DNA from: Chlorokybus atmophyticus
Lineage: Eukaryota > Plantae > Mesostigma and Chlorokybus algae
Length of the DNA stretch: 64,000 nucleotides
Assembly (NCBI GenBank): GCA_009103225.1
Contig: RHPI01002438.1
Coordinates: 874,755 to 938,754, forward strand
Direction of reading: 5' to 3'
Both the position numbers and the translations under genes were made by a program. Positions 13,727 to 29,635 of this stretch are shown here, in pieces (within the stretch, counting starts at the first letter, position 1; every line of letters starts with the position of its first letter). The notes under the pieces were generated by a model that was given only the letters and a program-made list of their open reading frames with translations, searched no databases and was not told the DNA's origin.

Positions 13727-15533
13727 TCACCATAGCTTTGTTTCCTTCTTCTTGATCTCCTGCTTCCACTTGGGCAGCTTGTAGAAGTCTGGCTTGGGCA
13801 TGCCCAGCACTTTCAGAAACTCCTCATCAGAGAGGTACGACTGCAAACAAAAGGTGGTGATCAGCGCCAGTCCACATACACAGGCACACTGAGGTGCTGA
13901 ACCAATGCCTAACAGGCGCTGCTCTACCGTGGTGTGCGAATAGCAGCACAGCGCTGTGAATGCGATGCAGTTGTTGCACATTTACCTCTCGTTTGTGAGG
14001 GACCACTCCCGACGGCATGGTGGTACTGCCAGCAATCAAATGCTCATATTCAACGGGCCCTTCAAACGTGGAGTCTTCAGCACTGGTGGTTTGCGGTGCA
14101 GCGGCTGGCACACCACCACCATTGCTTTTAGGTGTGCTGGCTTTGGCTTCAGCCTCGACATTCAACTTCTGAATCGCCTCTGAAGCCCTTCGTGACTTCT
14201 GTTCAGCAAGTGCTCGCATGGCATCAACATCGTCTGTTTTGCCTTCTACAGGAGTGCGTGAGCCAACAGGGGTTTGCCTGCCTCCAGTTTGAGGTGTTGT
14301 GGCGACTGCTGGAGGAGTCTTGTAGGGGGTGTCGTCGTTGGTTACAGGAGTCTTTGTGGGTGTGTTCTCGGCAGTTGCAAATGAGGCGGGCGCCGGCGAT
14401 GATGGAGCTGTTGGCGCATCATCATCATCTGCTTCGGACGCGGTAACATCAGCTGCAGGTTGCTCCGACTGTGCTGTTTCTGCTACCGGTTGCTGTTCCT
14501 GCACTTCAGTCTTCAAAGCAGGGGAGACATGTTCTGCTTCAGTGGCTAGCTGTGGATCGGGCAGAGTGGTTTTCTCCTCGACGACAGCTTCTGGCTCAAC
14601 AGGGGACTCTTCCACTGCACCCGGGATCGATGATGCCTCTGTACCCTCTCCTTCAGCAACTGGCACAGTAGGCTCCACGGGGCTTGCGACTTCATCCTCC
14701 TCCTGCTCCTGCTCGTTGTCCTCTACATCAGCCGTATCTGCTTGTTGCATGCAGCAATATTCAGTATGCTCCAAGTCTGCTGTGTGCAAGCATAAATGAG
14801 GGCGACAGGGAGCAGCGCTGCAGCAGGCAGCAGCAATGCTGCATCCCAACTTGCGTGCATGCAGGCACAGGTGCCTCGATAGCAGCAGAGGGACAATGTT
14901 TCGTGAGAAATGGACAAAGTCTCAGCTTCGTGCCGCAGGTGACCTTCAGGCTGGTTAAAAGATAAACACCAGAGCAGATCTCGCTCGGCATTGTGGTTTG
15001 CACGATGTCTTGCAAAGGCCTAGCCGAACAGATATGCAACGACACCAGGTGCAAGGTCACGCATGCACAAGTCGCTCTGTGGCTCTCACCAAGGCGAGAT
15101 GGCACAGCAGCAGCCGCAAAGTGACACATGATACTAACCGCGACTGTGACAAACTCAGAGCTCTGCAATGTGCAATACGACTCCAATCAACAATATGGAG
15201 CAACAACGACTGCAGCTCAACGGGCGCGGCATTGATAGCCGCAGCCCGTGCAATGCGATCGTGCCATTTGGCAGGCTGGGCGGCCATGCAAGGACGACCG
15301 TAGTGGCGAAATCGGAGCGTGTAACAACGTTACCAGCCTACCTGACAGTCAAGGCCAGCAAGCTTATACAGCTGGCAACAGCCACGACACACAGAGGCTC
15401 AAACAGTCCCCTCAGCAAAGGAGAAGACGAGGAGCATTGGCAAATCAACCCGTCCATGTTGCTCACCAAGCTGGCCCGGGGCGGCCGGAGTGGCGCCACC
15501 GCCCTTCCCGCCGCGGTTTTTCTTCTTGCCCAT
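13727..15533 (-). CDS. Villin-headpiece (VHP) protein with acidic/Pro-Thr-rich disordered body
   Basis: First exon 15533-15467 (MGKKKNRGGKGGG..., donor GTGAGC), long exon ~14740-13986, last exon 13840-13727. C-terminus KRESYLSDEEFLKVLGMPKPDFYKLPKWKQEIKKKETKLW is a headpiece motif. Extra small exons at 14.8-15.4 kb cannot be excluded. Confidence 0.85.
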
Positions 15534-16199
15534 TGGCCGTCACACGCAAGCAGCAGATCCCCAGCCCGTCTCCGTCAACGACACCGCCGACACCACCGAC
15601 GCCGCCTCTACAGCTGCCGCACACAAGCAGGCGACTGCGTCAAGCTTGTTTATGAACTTTTCCAAGTAGCGTCACGCTACCCAACATCACGCATCAAATG
15701 GCACGACGCCAGAATCATGACTACCTACGGCAGCCTCTTCTTCAGGCTGATTCCTGTGTTACAGATTGTAATTTACCGGCACACTTGATGCATGCAACGG
15801 TCTGCTCGGGGCTTCTGGCGTGACGCTGGTGTCAAGCACCATCCGCTGAGCGATGATTTTTACTTAGCGTTGCTGCATTGTTAGCTGCATTGGCAACAGC
15901 GGCGGCAACAGCAGCGGCTTCGAGGGCTTGGTTTTTGGCGAGGTATTACGTTGGGTGAGTGCTCATTGCGTGCAATGCGGTATGGGGCTGTTCTCACTCG
16001 CCGGTAAAGCTTCGCCTGCTGCATGCATGGGATTCTAGTTTGCTTGGCAAGTGACACTGTCAACTGGCTTGTGCAGAGCAGTAGTGACCGGCACTAAACT
16101 GTCGGCTATCTCCACTTCACTTATTTCATTTGGAAAGGGAAGCTTTGCACTGAGTTGTGGCAAAGTGTGCCGAGCAAGTTTACCATCATTGCGTCAAGC

Positions 16200-17411
16200 A
16201 TGAGCAGCACCACCTCGCCAGGTGGGAACACCCGTTGCCCTTGCAACTGGGACTCGCTGCACAGTGCTACCCTATGTGACGCTTGTTGCTGATTCTAGAG
16301 TTGGAGTTGGAACCGCCGTACGTTGCAAGACCGCTTGCACAAGATGACTACAGAAAAGGTTCTGCTTTTCCTGCTGTTTTATCCAGCCTTGACTTGCAAT
16401 GTGTGAGCAGCGCTGCTGTACTAATATGGCATATGGCAGGCTTTGTGGAGCTTTTGGGACAGCTTACAACAATCGGCGAAGTAACAGAGGAGGCATTCAG
16501 AGGTGGAAACAATGACTATCTGCTATGGCGTGTGTCCCCGCTTCCTGCAATGCGGCCTTTCATGTTATCTATGGCCTCACTGCACTGTACCATGCAGTGC
16601 AGTATCAACGAAGGGCAGCTAGGTCTGAAGACTACCATACAATCGTGATAGAAGGTGCGCCTGCATGTGGCCAACAGTACCGAACACCTACTCAGTGGTG
16701 CACTGTCTCGTAGCCTTGTATGCCACTTAAAACAATTTCACCGCCCTTGTAGACACGTCATCTCAGCGCATAGTTGCTACAGCCACACTGCTGCTAGAGT
16801 ACAAGTTCATCCGGTCTATGGGAACGGTAACAAGCTTTTACACATGTGTACTGTTTGCAGTGCTTCGCATGCATATAGCGTGTGTGACAGTTTCTGTTGA
16901 TGGCAGGCTGGCCACATAGAAGACGTTGTGGTGGACTATAGCGTGCGCGGCAAGAACTTTGGCAGAAGGTATGCTGCTTGGCACAATTGCTGCCAAGTAC
17001 GTATGGGTATGCACAGTGCGTGCCTGTGCGTTTAGACCAAAGTATGCACTTTGTGTGACCATACACGCTAACCAAAACCACACTGTCAGTATGCAAGCAG
17101 ACATGCATTTGCACATTTGGATACAGTTACGCATGCTGAACAGCCCGCACATCCCTAGCTACATCATCACTCGATTGACAACAGGCTTGTTGAAGAGCTC
17201 ACTCAACTAGCCAAGCAGCATGGTTGCTACAAGGTATGCCCTATGCAGTCTGCTTCACGGGCATGCAACATACCTGAAAGCTGGTAGCATCATGTGACAC
17301 TGCAGTCTTGTCTATGCGCAGGTCATACTCGACTGCTCGGATCACAACATTGAATTCTACACCAAGTGTGGTTTCCAGCAGATGGGCGCACAAATGGCAG
17401 TGTACCTATAG
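16200..17411 (+). CDS. GNA1: Glucosamine-6-phosphate N-acetyltransferase
   Basis: Eight phase-consistent exons: 16200-16221, 16299-16358, 16440-16502, 16598-16654, 16753-16826, 16907-16968, 17185-17233, 17322-17411. Motifs KGFVELLGQLT, EYKFIR, GHIEDVVVD, GCYKVILDCS, FYTKCGF. Confidence 0.97.
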
Positions 17412-17698
17412 CGCTGCCAGGCGCTTGCTGCATCCCTTACATATATAAGATGTATTTGCAGCACACACTTGTCATATGCAACATTGATTTGATTCAAGGG
17501 TTGGCTCTGTTCAGGCATAAGTGCGTTGGTGCTGTGCATTGTCTGTGTACAAGGCAAGCATGTATACAATGCTCGTCTGGGCAACGTAATTGCGTGCACA
17601 TGCTAGCATTACTTGCATAATTACCTGCACAAGCCTTACGACAAAGAAAGGTCCATTACCCAGCTGGCAATGGACCTACAAAGCCACCCAGCGAGGTG

Positions 17699-21091
<3,393 letters not shown>

Positions 21092-21388
21092 CCACACCAC
21101 CCCCACTGCCGCCGCCGCCGCCGCCGCGTTGCTAGGCTACTGCTTGAGTCATGCTTAAGTCGGCATACGTGCCCGAGTTACCTGCTCTGCGTATCTGACG
21201 TTGCGTAACCGGGACAGGGTTCACACGAACGTTCAGTACCGTGCAGCACGTTATTAAGGTTTAGGTTTAGGCGGCGGCGGCGGCGGCGGCGGCGGTGGGC
21301 GTGGCGCTGCGTGAGGAGGGCGGCGGCGGACTGAACCGCGTTCACATTCCCCTCTAGGCGCCACGGAGACGGCCGGGGATTAGCCATC

Positions 21389-22578
21389 ATGGTGAGTTGG
21401 GAGGGAGCGTTGCGCTTGAGCCTGGCCTGGCCATGCCTGACGTGCTCTGGCCTGACTTGGTCTAACGTAGTCTGGTCTGGTAATTGTTGTAATGACATGC
21501 ATGGGTGTTGTGATAGGGCTCTGAGGCCGCGGTCAACCCGAAGGCATACCCACTGGCGGATGGGCAGCTAACAATAACCATCCTGGACATCGTCCAGCAG
21601 GCTGCCAACTACAAGCAGCTCAAAAAGGGCGCCAATGAAGGTACAGCATGACACTTGTTTCGATGCATTCTTGTGGTACATTTCATTCCGTGAAGCTACA
21701 CGGGTGGATAAACACAAAACTCCATACCATCAAACATGCAAACTGTTTATCAACGTGCCACCTTCCTGTCTCAGCTCATGGTATCTTGTTGGGCCTTCAG
21801 CATTGCACATTTGTTTGAAACCTTCTTGATGGTTGTTTCCTCATTTTTTGCAACAGCGACAAAGACTCTGAACAGAGGTATTGCGGAGTTTGTTGTGATG
21901 GCGGCAGACACGGAGCCGCTGGAAATTCTGCTGCATTTGCCGCTTCTGGCGGAGGACAAGGTAGCTGCATTCTCACAATTGAAGAGTATCAAAGCAACAT
22001 GCTGGGTTCCTTATACTTGTTGCATGGGCCTGCCCTCCAACGAGTACATTGACCAACGGACATGCTTTTGCGCTCACACGAATGTTGTGCGCAGAACGTC
22101 CCTTACGTGTTTGTGCCTTCCAAGCAAGCGTTGGGCCGCGCTTGTGGCGTCTCGAGACCGGTACGAGCGGGTTCTTATGTTGGGATGATGCAAACGACAT
22201 GTGTTGTGTGCATGCGCGTGTGCGCAGATGCGTGCCCTTCTGTCTGCATGTACACACAATGGGCTACTTCATTGTGTTTACATATACGAGCAGTGTGACC
22301 AGTCTTTACTTACGTAGTCTGCAAGCAGCTGATGTTGTAACACAGTCACGCTTCTTGCGTGCTCGGCTACTGCAGGTGATTGCGTGCTCGGTGACTACCA
22401 ATGAGGGCAGTCAGCTCAAGAGCCAAGTCACGCAGCTCAAGGTACAGCACAGTGCTGGGTGCAGGCGTTCCTGTTTCATGTTTTACTTGGTATTCTGTTA
22501 AGATGGTCATTAGCATTCGCTGTAACATTTCTCATCACTTGCTTTGTGCAGGATGCTATTGAGAAGCTGCTCATTTGA
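21389..22578 (+). CDS. SNU13: U4/U6.U5 and box C/D snoRNP 15.5-kDa protein
   Basis: ATG-only first exon 21389-21391, then 21517-21640, 21857-21960, 22095-22160, 22376-22441, 22552-22578. Protein: [10 protein letters not shown]...[72 protein letters not shown]. Confidence 0.98.
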
Positions 22579-22879
22579 GGATCTTCTTCCATGCAAAGTG
22601 TTTGTCACCTCCATCAAGGCAGGTTGTTGGCTCGTTGGGTAGCTAAAACAAATTGTGGCGTGAACAACTGTTGTTGCTCATTCGCACCCTTGGCTACACG
22701 CATGCATGTGTCTTCGCACAAGTGCACAGCAAGCATGCTGTGAGGACATAATAAAGTGGTTGAAAACAGTATTGCCTGCTGCTGTTGCTCTCCCCTGCCC
22801 TCCCTAACCCAGTCCTACCCCCTGTTCAAGACCCCCACCCACCTACCCCAAACATATATTGCCCCGGTACTTCGCACCA

Positions 22880-23660
22880 CTCTCGAGCCTATGTCTGGTG
22901 CATTGGCAACAACAAGCTCGTATGGCATGCAATAGTTGCGAGACACATTAGTACATTTGGCCAATGGCTATTTGTTCACATATGAGTTGCAGTTCGTACA
23001 GCGCTTGCGGCACATGTAGGACTTGACGCTGCTAGCATGCTGTATCAAAGGAGTACTGCGCTACATAGACGACTTTGTGACGGATGTACCTGAGTTTCGA
23101 AGCATGCTGTACATGGACCCGACCGCCCCAAGGGGAGGACTGTATCCGAAGGGCGTATTGACAGTGACGTGTACAGCCGCTGCGACAGCATTGCCGTTCC
23201 TGGACTTGGCGGTGTTCCAAATCACCGGACGGTATCTGTACAAGGTGGTATTCCAAACAGGAGCTGCCTGCCTACCGCAACATCCCGCATCATAAAGCCC
23301 CAGTACCACAATCCAATGTCCCATGCAGTGTCAAGCTGGGGGTAGTGGAATCCCAGTATATCCGCTTCACGCGGATATGTACCTATCGTACCCACTTCCT
23401 CGACGATATGCGACCGTTGCTCAGAGCGATGCAAGAGGACGGACATCCCATGAAACGCATGCTGGCGACAATGAGACAACGCATGCGCAGAGAGGCTGGC
23501 TACATCTACTACACGCCTCCAACGCTGCTGTACAAGATGCTGAGCCAATCGCTGAAGTGGCAGCAACACCGAGCATACCAACCACATGCTGCTAGCAAGT
23601 GCAGAGCCGGCGGATTGGACAGTGAGCATGCACGGGAGAAAGCTGCATGGTAACGCAGCT
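22880..23660 (+). mobile_element. 5'-truncated, decayed Penelope-like retroelement (RT palm and thumb)
   Basis: Motifs HLANGYLFTYELQF, LRYIDD, LPFLDL and SNVPCSVKLGVVESQYIRFTRIC occur in PLE RT order across stops and frameshifts. Confidence 0.8.
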
Positions 23661-25647
23661 TGCCCGTGCCCAGGGCGTGAGCGTCCAACCCCACCACCCA
23701 ACCCAACCACCAGCACCTAACTGCGAGCACCACTGAACCACCAATGACACCAATCTACCAGCAGAACAGCTCCCACCCGAACGGCCCTGCGCGTGTAGTG
23801 CTAACGTAGGCAGCACACAGTGAGGGTTAGGGTAGAATGGCAGGCACAGCGGAAATTGTGCAACTGCTGCGTGACATGTAAGCAGAGGGCTATGTCATGC
23901 ATGTTCTGCTAAACAAGCTGCGTGCAAGGATGTACAGGTTGACATGTACAGCGTATAATGTCACCTATCAGCGGCTCTACATGCTGGTAGCCACAAGATG
24001 AGCTGCAACGCCATAGGTAAGTGAGGTAAGTATGGTGTTGGTCACCTCGTGTGAGGAGCAGTGTTCTTCCCGCACATACTGTGTCTGCATGCTGCTCTTG
24101 CGTGACAGTCAGTGCTGACGTCTTATTAATTACACTGGTCTGCACTTGCTAATCTTGCCTTTAAACTGACTAGACCTTTAGAGACTTTGACTGCAGGCTA
24201 TTTTAGACTGTTGGTGACTGTTTGTGACTGCTTGTGGCGGGTCTTACATTGGACACTACTACTTGTGGCGGCTACACTGCAACGCCAACCACAACACCGC
24301 ACATCACAGCATCCCTCACCCCGCCCTCACCATGCTGCCGTGCTACATGCTTGCTGCTGCTGCTGTTGTTGTGCACCTGCGAGGACTGCGACGTCTAACG
24401 ACTGTCGCTGCGCCACCACAGGTGGTGGTTCTTTGCGCGCCTTTGCCCTGCCCTGCCTTGCCTGCTCACCCGCCCTCATCTTCACCCCTTGCACGCACTT
24501 AGTGCACATAGCTAGTGCATGTATGCCCTTTGTGTTAATTTGAGTGCTTGCTTGCTGTTGTGCATGTGTTTGAGCGTGTGAATGTTGTGTGTTTGTGTGT
24601 GCCTTGCATAATACTTGGATAGCTCAGGCAAGGCCGCAGCATGAGCGGCGAGATGCAGAGAGTGGCGGGGAAGAGGGAGAGGGAGAGGGAGGGAGTCGTC
24701 GTCATTGTGATTGCCATGCTACCCATTGACACCAGCGACCAACAACAAGCAACCCGTGTGGGCGGGTCATGATAAACGCGTGCATGTACATGCATGTCTA
24801 ACGAGGAAGGCTAGTATGTGGTAGTTTAGTGCAGTAAAATAGCCCGGTGGTGATAATAGTGAAATGTATACTAGTGTGCATGTAATGCTTGAGTGGTTGT
24901 GATGCATTGCATGCGTGTGCCCAATAGCACATCATATACCCTATACACCTTGCGTTGTATATGACTGGCAACAACTTCAGGTCTGCAAACATAATAAGAC
25001 CAGCCATTGATACATTGCAGCGAAAGTCACACTCCATATGTGTTAATCATAAACTCAGGGCACGTCTTCATCGTATGTTCTGGAGGCTTTACTAAGCGTA
25101 CCGTCCCTTTTTAGTATTTATGGTATGTAAGTTAGTAACTATAATATGCTATTTTATGGATATTAATGCGGATTGCAATTTTGCATTATCATATGTGTGT
25201 ACGCATGCAATGAACGCAATAAAGATTCTCACAATTACTTCTACCCATTGGAATTGCGTTATTCTACCATCATCAGTTTAATGTTATAATGCCATTTGCA
25301 TCAACTATGCGGTGATAAACGCAAACGGCATCATCGTTTCCATTATTGCTCTCGATTTATACATTTAATCGAGCAGTGTGATTACATAACCATAGCACCG
25401 TAACAAAGCAACTTTAACAATAATTGTGTACAATGCTGTTGAAGCTTCTTCTTTTTCAAGTAACCCTGCAGATAAGGTTTGCACGTGGTCGCTACAACTT
25501 AAATTGTCTACTGGAGCCTCCTTGTATAGGGCTATGTACCTGGTAATCAGGCCTTGCAAGCAGTGGCGTGCATCTCATTCATGCCATTCTGATATCGCGG
25601 GTAGTCCACTACCCTGGTCGGCAGTGTGCTTGTGCCGGTACGCAAGC

Positions 25648-27593
25648 ATGGCGACGAGCATGCAGGGGCTTGTTGCCGCCTCGCTGCCTGTCAGGACATC
25701 AATCTTGACCTCTTCCACCTTGTCCTGCTTACCGTCATCCTTCTCCCCCTCCCCATCCACCGCCCGCTGCTGTCCTCCAGGCTGCTTCAGCGGGCGGCAC
25801 AGCTCCTCCTCCTCTTGCTCCACAGGCCGGTCATGGCTGCCCTCCTCCTTGCGCTGGTCAAGGGCAACCACACGTGCCGCCTCTAACGACGACCAGTATG
25901 GTGTTCAGCAGGGCGACCAGCAGCAGCAGCAGCAGCACCTGGACGACCTGGAAGGCCTGGACCCCTACACCCTGCTCGGCCTGGACGGCATGGCCGACGA
26001 GGACGTCACGCAGGAGAAAATCAAAGCTGCCTTTAGAACAAAGGTCGGCATGGAGGTTGCTCGAACTGACTGGTTCACACTGTTTCGCGCAGCTCAGCTC
26101 AGCTCAGCTCAGCTCAGTTCAGTCAGGCAGTTTGTCATCACTGCACCTGTTGTCGTGCCCTGCTTTGTGCAACTTCAACGGTGGCTTCAATCAGTTGTTG
26201 GCACGAGTCTGGCCATGCTCTTGCTCTTTGTTATAATCGGCTTCGACACTTCTTGCATGCTTTGTACAGTAGTGCAGTAGAGTTGTTCACACTGAGAGTA
26301 TACAACTGCACGCTGCCTGAAGCACAATTTGGCTGCTTTGCACACAAATGTGTTCTGCCTCTTGTGTATCGGCCCTTGCAGTTGAAAGAATACCATCCTG
26401 ACGTGTACAGGGGCGCCGACTCCACGCTCATAGCTGCGCGCATGATCCGTGCATATGAGGTACTGACAGGACTCGCACACCAGTACATCAGTGACAGTGA
26501 CAGTGACTCTGATCTCTGTGTGCTGTCTCAAGCTGACTGAATTGGGTGTTTGTGCTTTGCCTCGTGGTGCAGCTCCTAATGGACGATACTCAAAGGGCCA
26601 GGTTGAGCAGGTATGCTGCCAGTGCCCAGTTCTGACTTGCACTTATACCAAAGCAACAACGCTGTTGCTGTTGGGAGGACTTGAGTAGTAATAGTAGTAG
26701 TAGTATTGTTCCTTAAAGAAATCTTGTGCACCATAGTTTGCTCATGAGAGCTTCACTGTTGGTCGGTTAGTCATACTTTGATGTGGTGTACTTTTGTCAG
26801 GAGGCGAAAGGGCATATCTGTGTTTGACGAACCGGAGACCGAGGCCACGCAGGTGTTTGTGAACGAGTTGCGCTGCTTGGGACGAGGTGATGGCTGTAAA
26901 CACTACTGGCGCTGACTCATGTCGTGCGAGTGCATGTGCGTGTGTCCTTGTCTCACGATTCACATAAACTGAGTTCCAGTTCACCAGGTTGTCGCTACAG
27001 CTGCGTGTCACGTGCACCCGCCACATTCACATATGCAGAAGAAACTGGTGCTGCTCGCGCAAATGTGCAAGGCAAGACGCCTCTACACAAACTTGCATGT
27101 TGTCTTTCAAGTTCATGGCAGCATCTGCAGATAGGGCCTGTATTGACTCGCTGTTCGCTGCACCACATTTGTAATACGACCAACTTCACAGGTGGTAGTG
27201 ATGCGTACACTTTGAACTTGGCAGTGGGGCAATGCCCGCAGCTTTGCATACACTGGGTGACTCCCGAACAGAGGCAGCTTCTTGAGGAAGAGCTTCAAAG
27301 GTAGTTTAATGCTTGCGTGTGTTGTGTAGGAAACATTGCCATGCACAATTTTGACATGCACGACACATGCAATGCCAGTGTGTTAGTCAGGATGGACGCT
27401 GTGTTTTGTGGCTTACAGCAAGCTGGTTGTATACCCTATCCATTTCAACAGGGCTGTCAATGGCTGGGCTTCTCCAGACGAGGTGGGTGTCGTGCTGGAC
27501 ATGTACCTCGCCCGTGCAAAGTACCAGAACAACCGCTACCAGCCTCCCAAGCGCAAGGCGAAATCATCCGGGCAGTATGTGGACTGGTACTGA
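25648..27593 (+). CDS. DJC82: Chloroplast DnaJ protein with ferredoxin-like Fe-S domain (DJC82-like)
   Basis: Ser-rich transit peptide, J-domain with HPD (KEYHPDVY), then VFVNELRCLGRGCRYSCV and LAVGQCPQLCIHWVTP, ending ARAKYQNNRYQPPKRK...YVDWY. Exons 25648-26043, 26382-26459, 26573-26610, 26801-26886, 26988-27071, 27192-27300; last-exon acceptor uncertain. Confidence 0.88.
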
Positions 27594-27752
27594 TACACAA
27601 CAAAACAACAACATACACGTCTCAAAACCACACCGCAATTCATCCACAGCTTGTACAGCCTTTGAGTGCAAATATGGCAGTGATTGGCATTGAATGTGTA
27701 ACATTCATATATCCAACACGCAGTTGGTCAGTGGAGATGGTCATCATTGCTG

Positions 27753-29420
27753 CTAGCTGCTGGCTTTGACTGGATGCGGGGACTGTTGTGAAATGAACTG
27801 TTGGTGCTGTAGCAATCTTGTCCTGGCCGCACTGATGTCGCTAACAACCGGTTCATCTGTCAATGCTGCACGTGGCACCGATAGCAAGCTGGCGGCCAGC
27901 AGTGCCTCAGCTCCTGCATCTGCAAGTAAGGCTGGCATATCAGGACAACACTGTCTCAAACAAGGCAACATTGACCACAGACCACATCACCTGTTTCTGC
28001 TACAGCTGCGATTGCTGCTGCCGCACACTTCACCACTTCCTTGTCGCTGGATTGTAAGAGTGCCATCAAAACTTCAGCGCCACCTTGCTGCACAACCTCC
28101 TTGACGCTTCGCTCTGCATTAATTCACATTCACACAAGTTCAACTCAGACAGTTGCTAATGATGTCACATGATTGTGTGAAGCCACTTGGGCCAGCAGCT
28201 TGGTTTGGTTTATTCAAGGCTAAAGTACACTGGCATGTTGTGTAGAGTGTGTGCGCAGCGTGTCGTATCAGCTTTAGACATACATACGAACACTGTGTGC
28301 AAGTACACTGCGTACCACTCCTTGACAGCAGCCGTATTCGTGATGCACCGCTCTTTTGCATCATCGGATCACGGGACTTGGCGAGCGCCACCGCCTGGCT
28401 TGCCATGCCGATGCCTGCATTGCGGGCTAGTGTTATTGCTTTGTGGTCACATGCAGTGCCAGCACTTTTCCCATCGCACACGCACTCTTTACGAACCTAT
28501 CATCGGTCCTGCAAAGGAGGCGACATACACCGCCACAACGGCCGAAGCCAACCGCACAGCCCACGTGCGCTTGCTGCTGTTGTTGGTGGTGGTGTTGTTG
28601 TTGTTGGCACCACCTTCAGCTGCCGCAGAGAGAAAGCCAACTGAGCCCACCAGAGATCGAGAACGCAGTATGCACAACCATACGCATGAAACCTGATGAC
28701 TCACTCCCCAGCTACTTGCTAACCTTGCGATGATGATAATGAAGCTGCAGATGATGCAAATGCATGCCTGGCCAGTGCAGGCTGCCTACCTGCATACACA
28801 CTGCTGGTGGCAAGCTGCCACACATAACATACACGCGTTATCAGCTGAAATGAGTGGACACACCACCATGGCAGGCAGCCTGGCTCAGTAGCTTGTCAAA
28901 AGCACAGACGCAAACATGCACGCACGCAGAGCTCAGTAGGTTGTGTTGAAGCACACACTAACACTTATGCGTGTTCAAGCACGCGCGCAGCTCACCCATG
29001 GGCTGAGGCCGTGTACGTTGATACCAGCAACACTTCGCTGTGTTATCAAGCACCTGCAACCAACACGATGAGCTAACATCAATCTGCAAGGCAGAGTGCT
29101 GCAGCAGAGCAGTCAAAACAGCACACTGCTGAAATAACACACTGGTTGATATTGGTCGCAGACTGTCAACGCATGCATTGTTGATATCAGGCTTACTGAC
29201 GTGCCGGAAGTACAACACGGCAAGCAGCCGTCAGACCATCAACGCAAACAACACCACCAATGACAACGACGGCAGCAGCTGGCAATTGCATTGCAGCATG
29301 GGTTCCAACAGTGTTGGCAACAACAACGACAACGACAACAACAACGACGGTGCCGTCAACACAAACAACAGCGACAACAACCAACCTGCGTGCCGCCGTC
29401 CCCGTCGCCAGCCGCAACAT
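27753..29420 (-). CDS. Armadillo-like repeat protein with single TM helix, probably mitochondrial
   Basis: Phase-1 exons 28789-28724, 28619-28497, 28438-28316, 28113-27991 and 27931-27753 join cleanly. They give WAVRLASAVVAVYVASFAGPMI (TM) and GGAEVLMALLQSSDKEVVKCAAAAIAAVAE (ARM-like). Start MLRLATGTAAR at 29420; the 5' exons are less certain. Missed by the ORF track as a single protein. Confidence 0.75.
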
Positions 29421-29635
29421 GAAGGCGCGGAAGACAGACACAGAGAGCAGGAGAAATCACTCTCTCTCCTCCTTAACTTGAATTGGGCTGGAGGACCTCA
29501 CAGCTTGACACCGCACAGCTTGATGCTCAAAGCAACTTTATAGCAACACTCTCCTCGTCACCCTTCTCACTCTTGCGCAATAGACTACAGGAGTGTGTCA
29601 GTGTTGGTGTGTATGTCGTTGTCCCTGTTGGCGTC

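Noticed and set aside
21641-22551. Intronic box C/D snoRNAs in SNU13
   Set aside because: No RTGATGA...CTGA pair with terminal stem seen in these introns.
23940-24790. Splice-like signals and short ORFs between the PLE remnant and the AT-rich block
   Set aside because: No coherent coding model on either strand; could be lncRNA or UTR but is unsupported.
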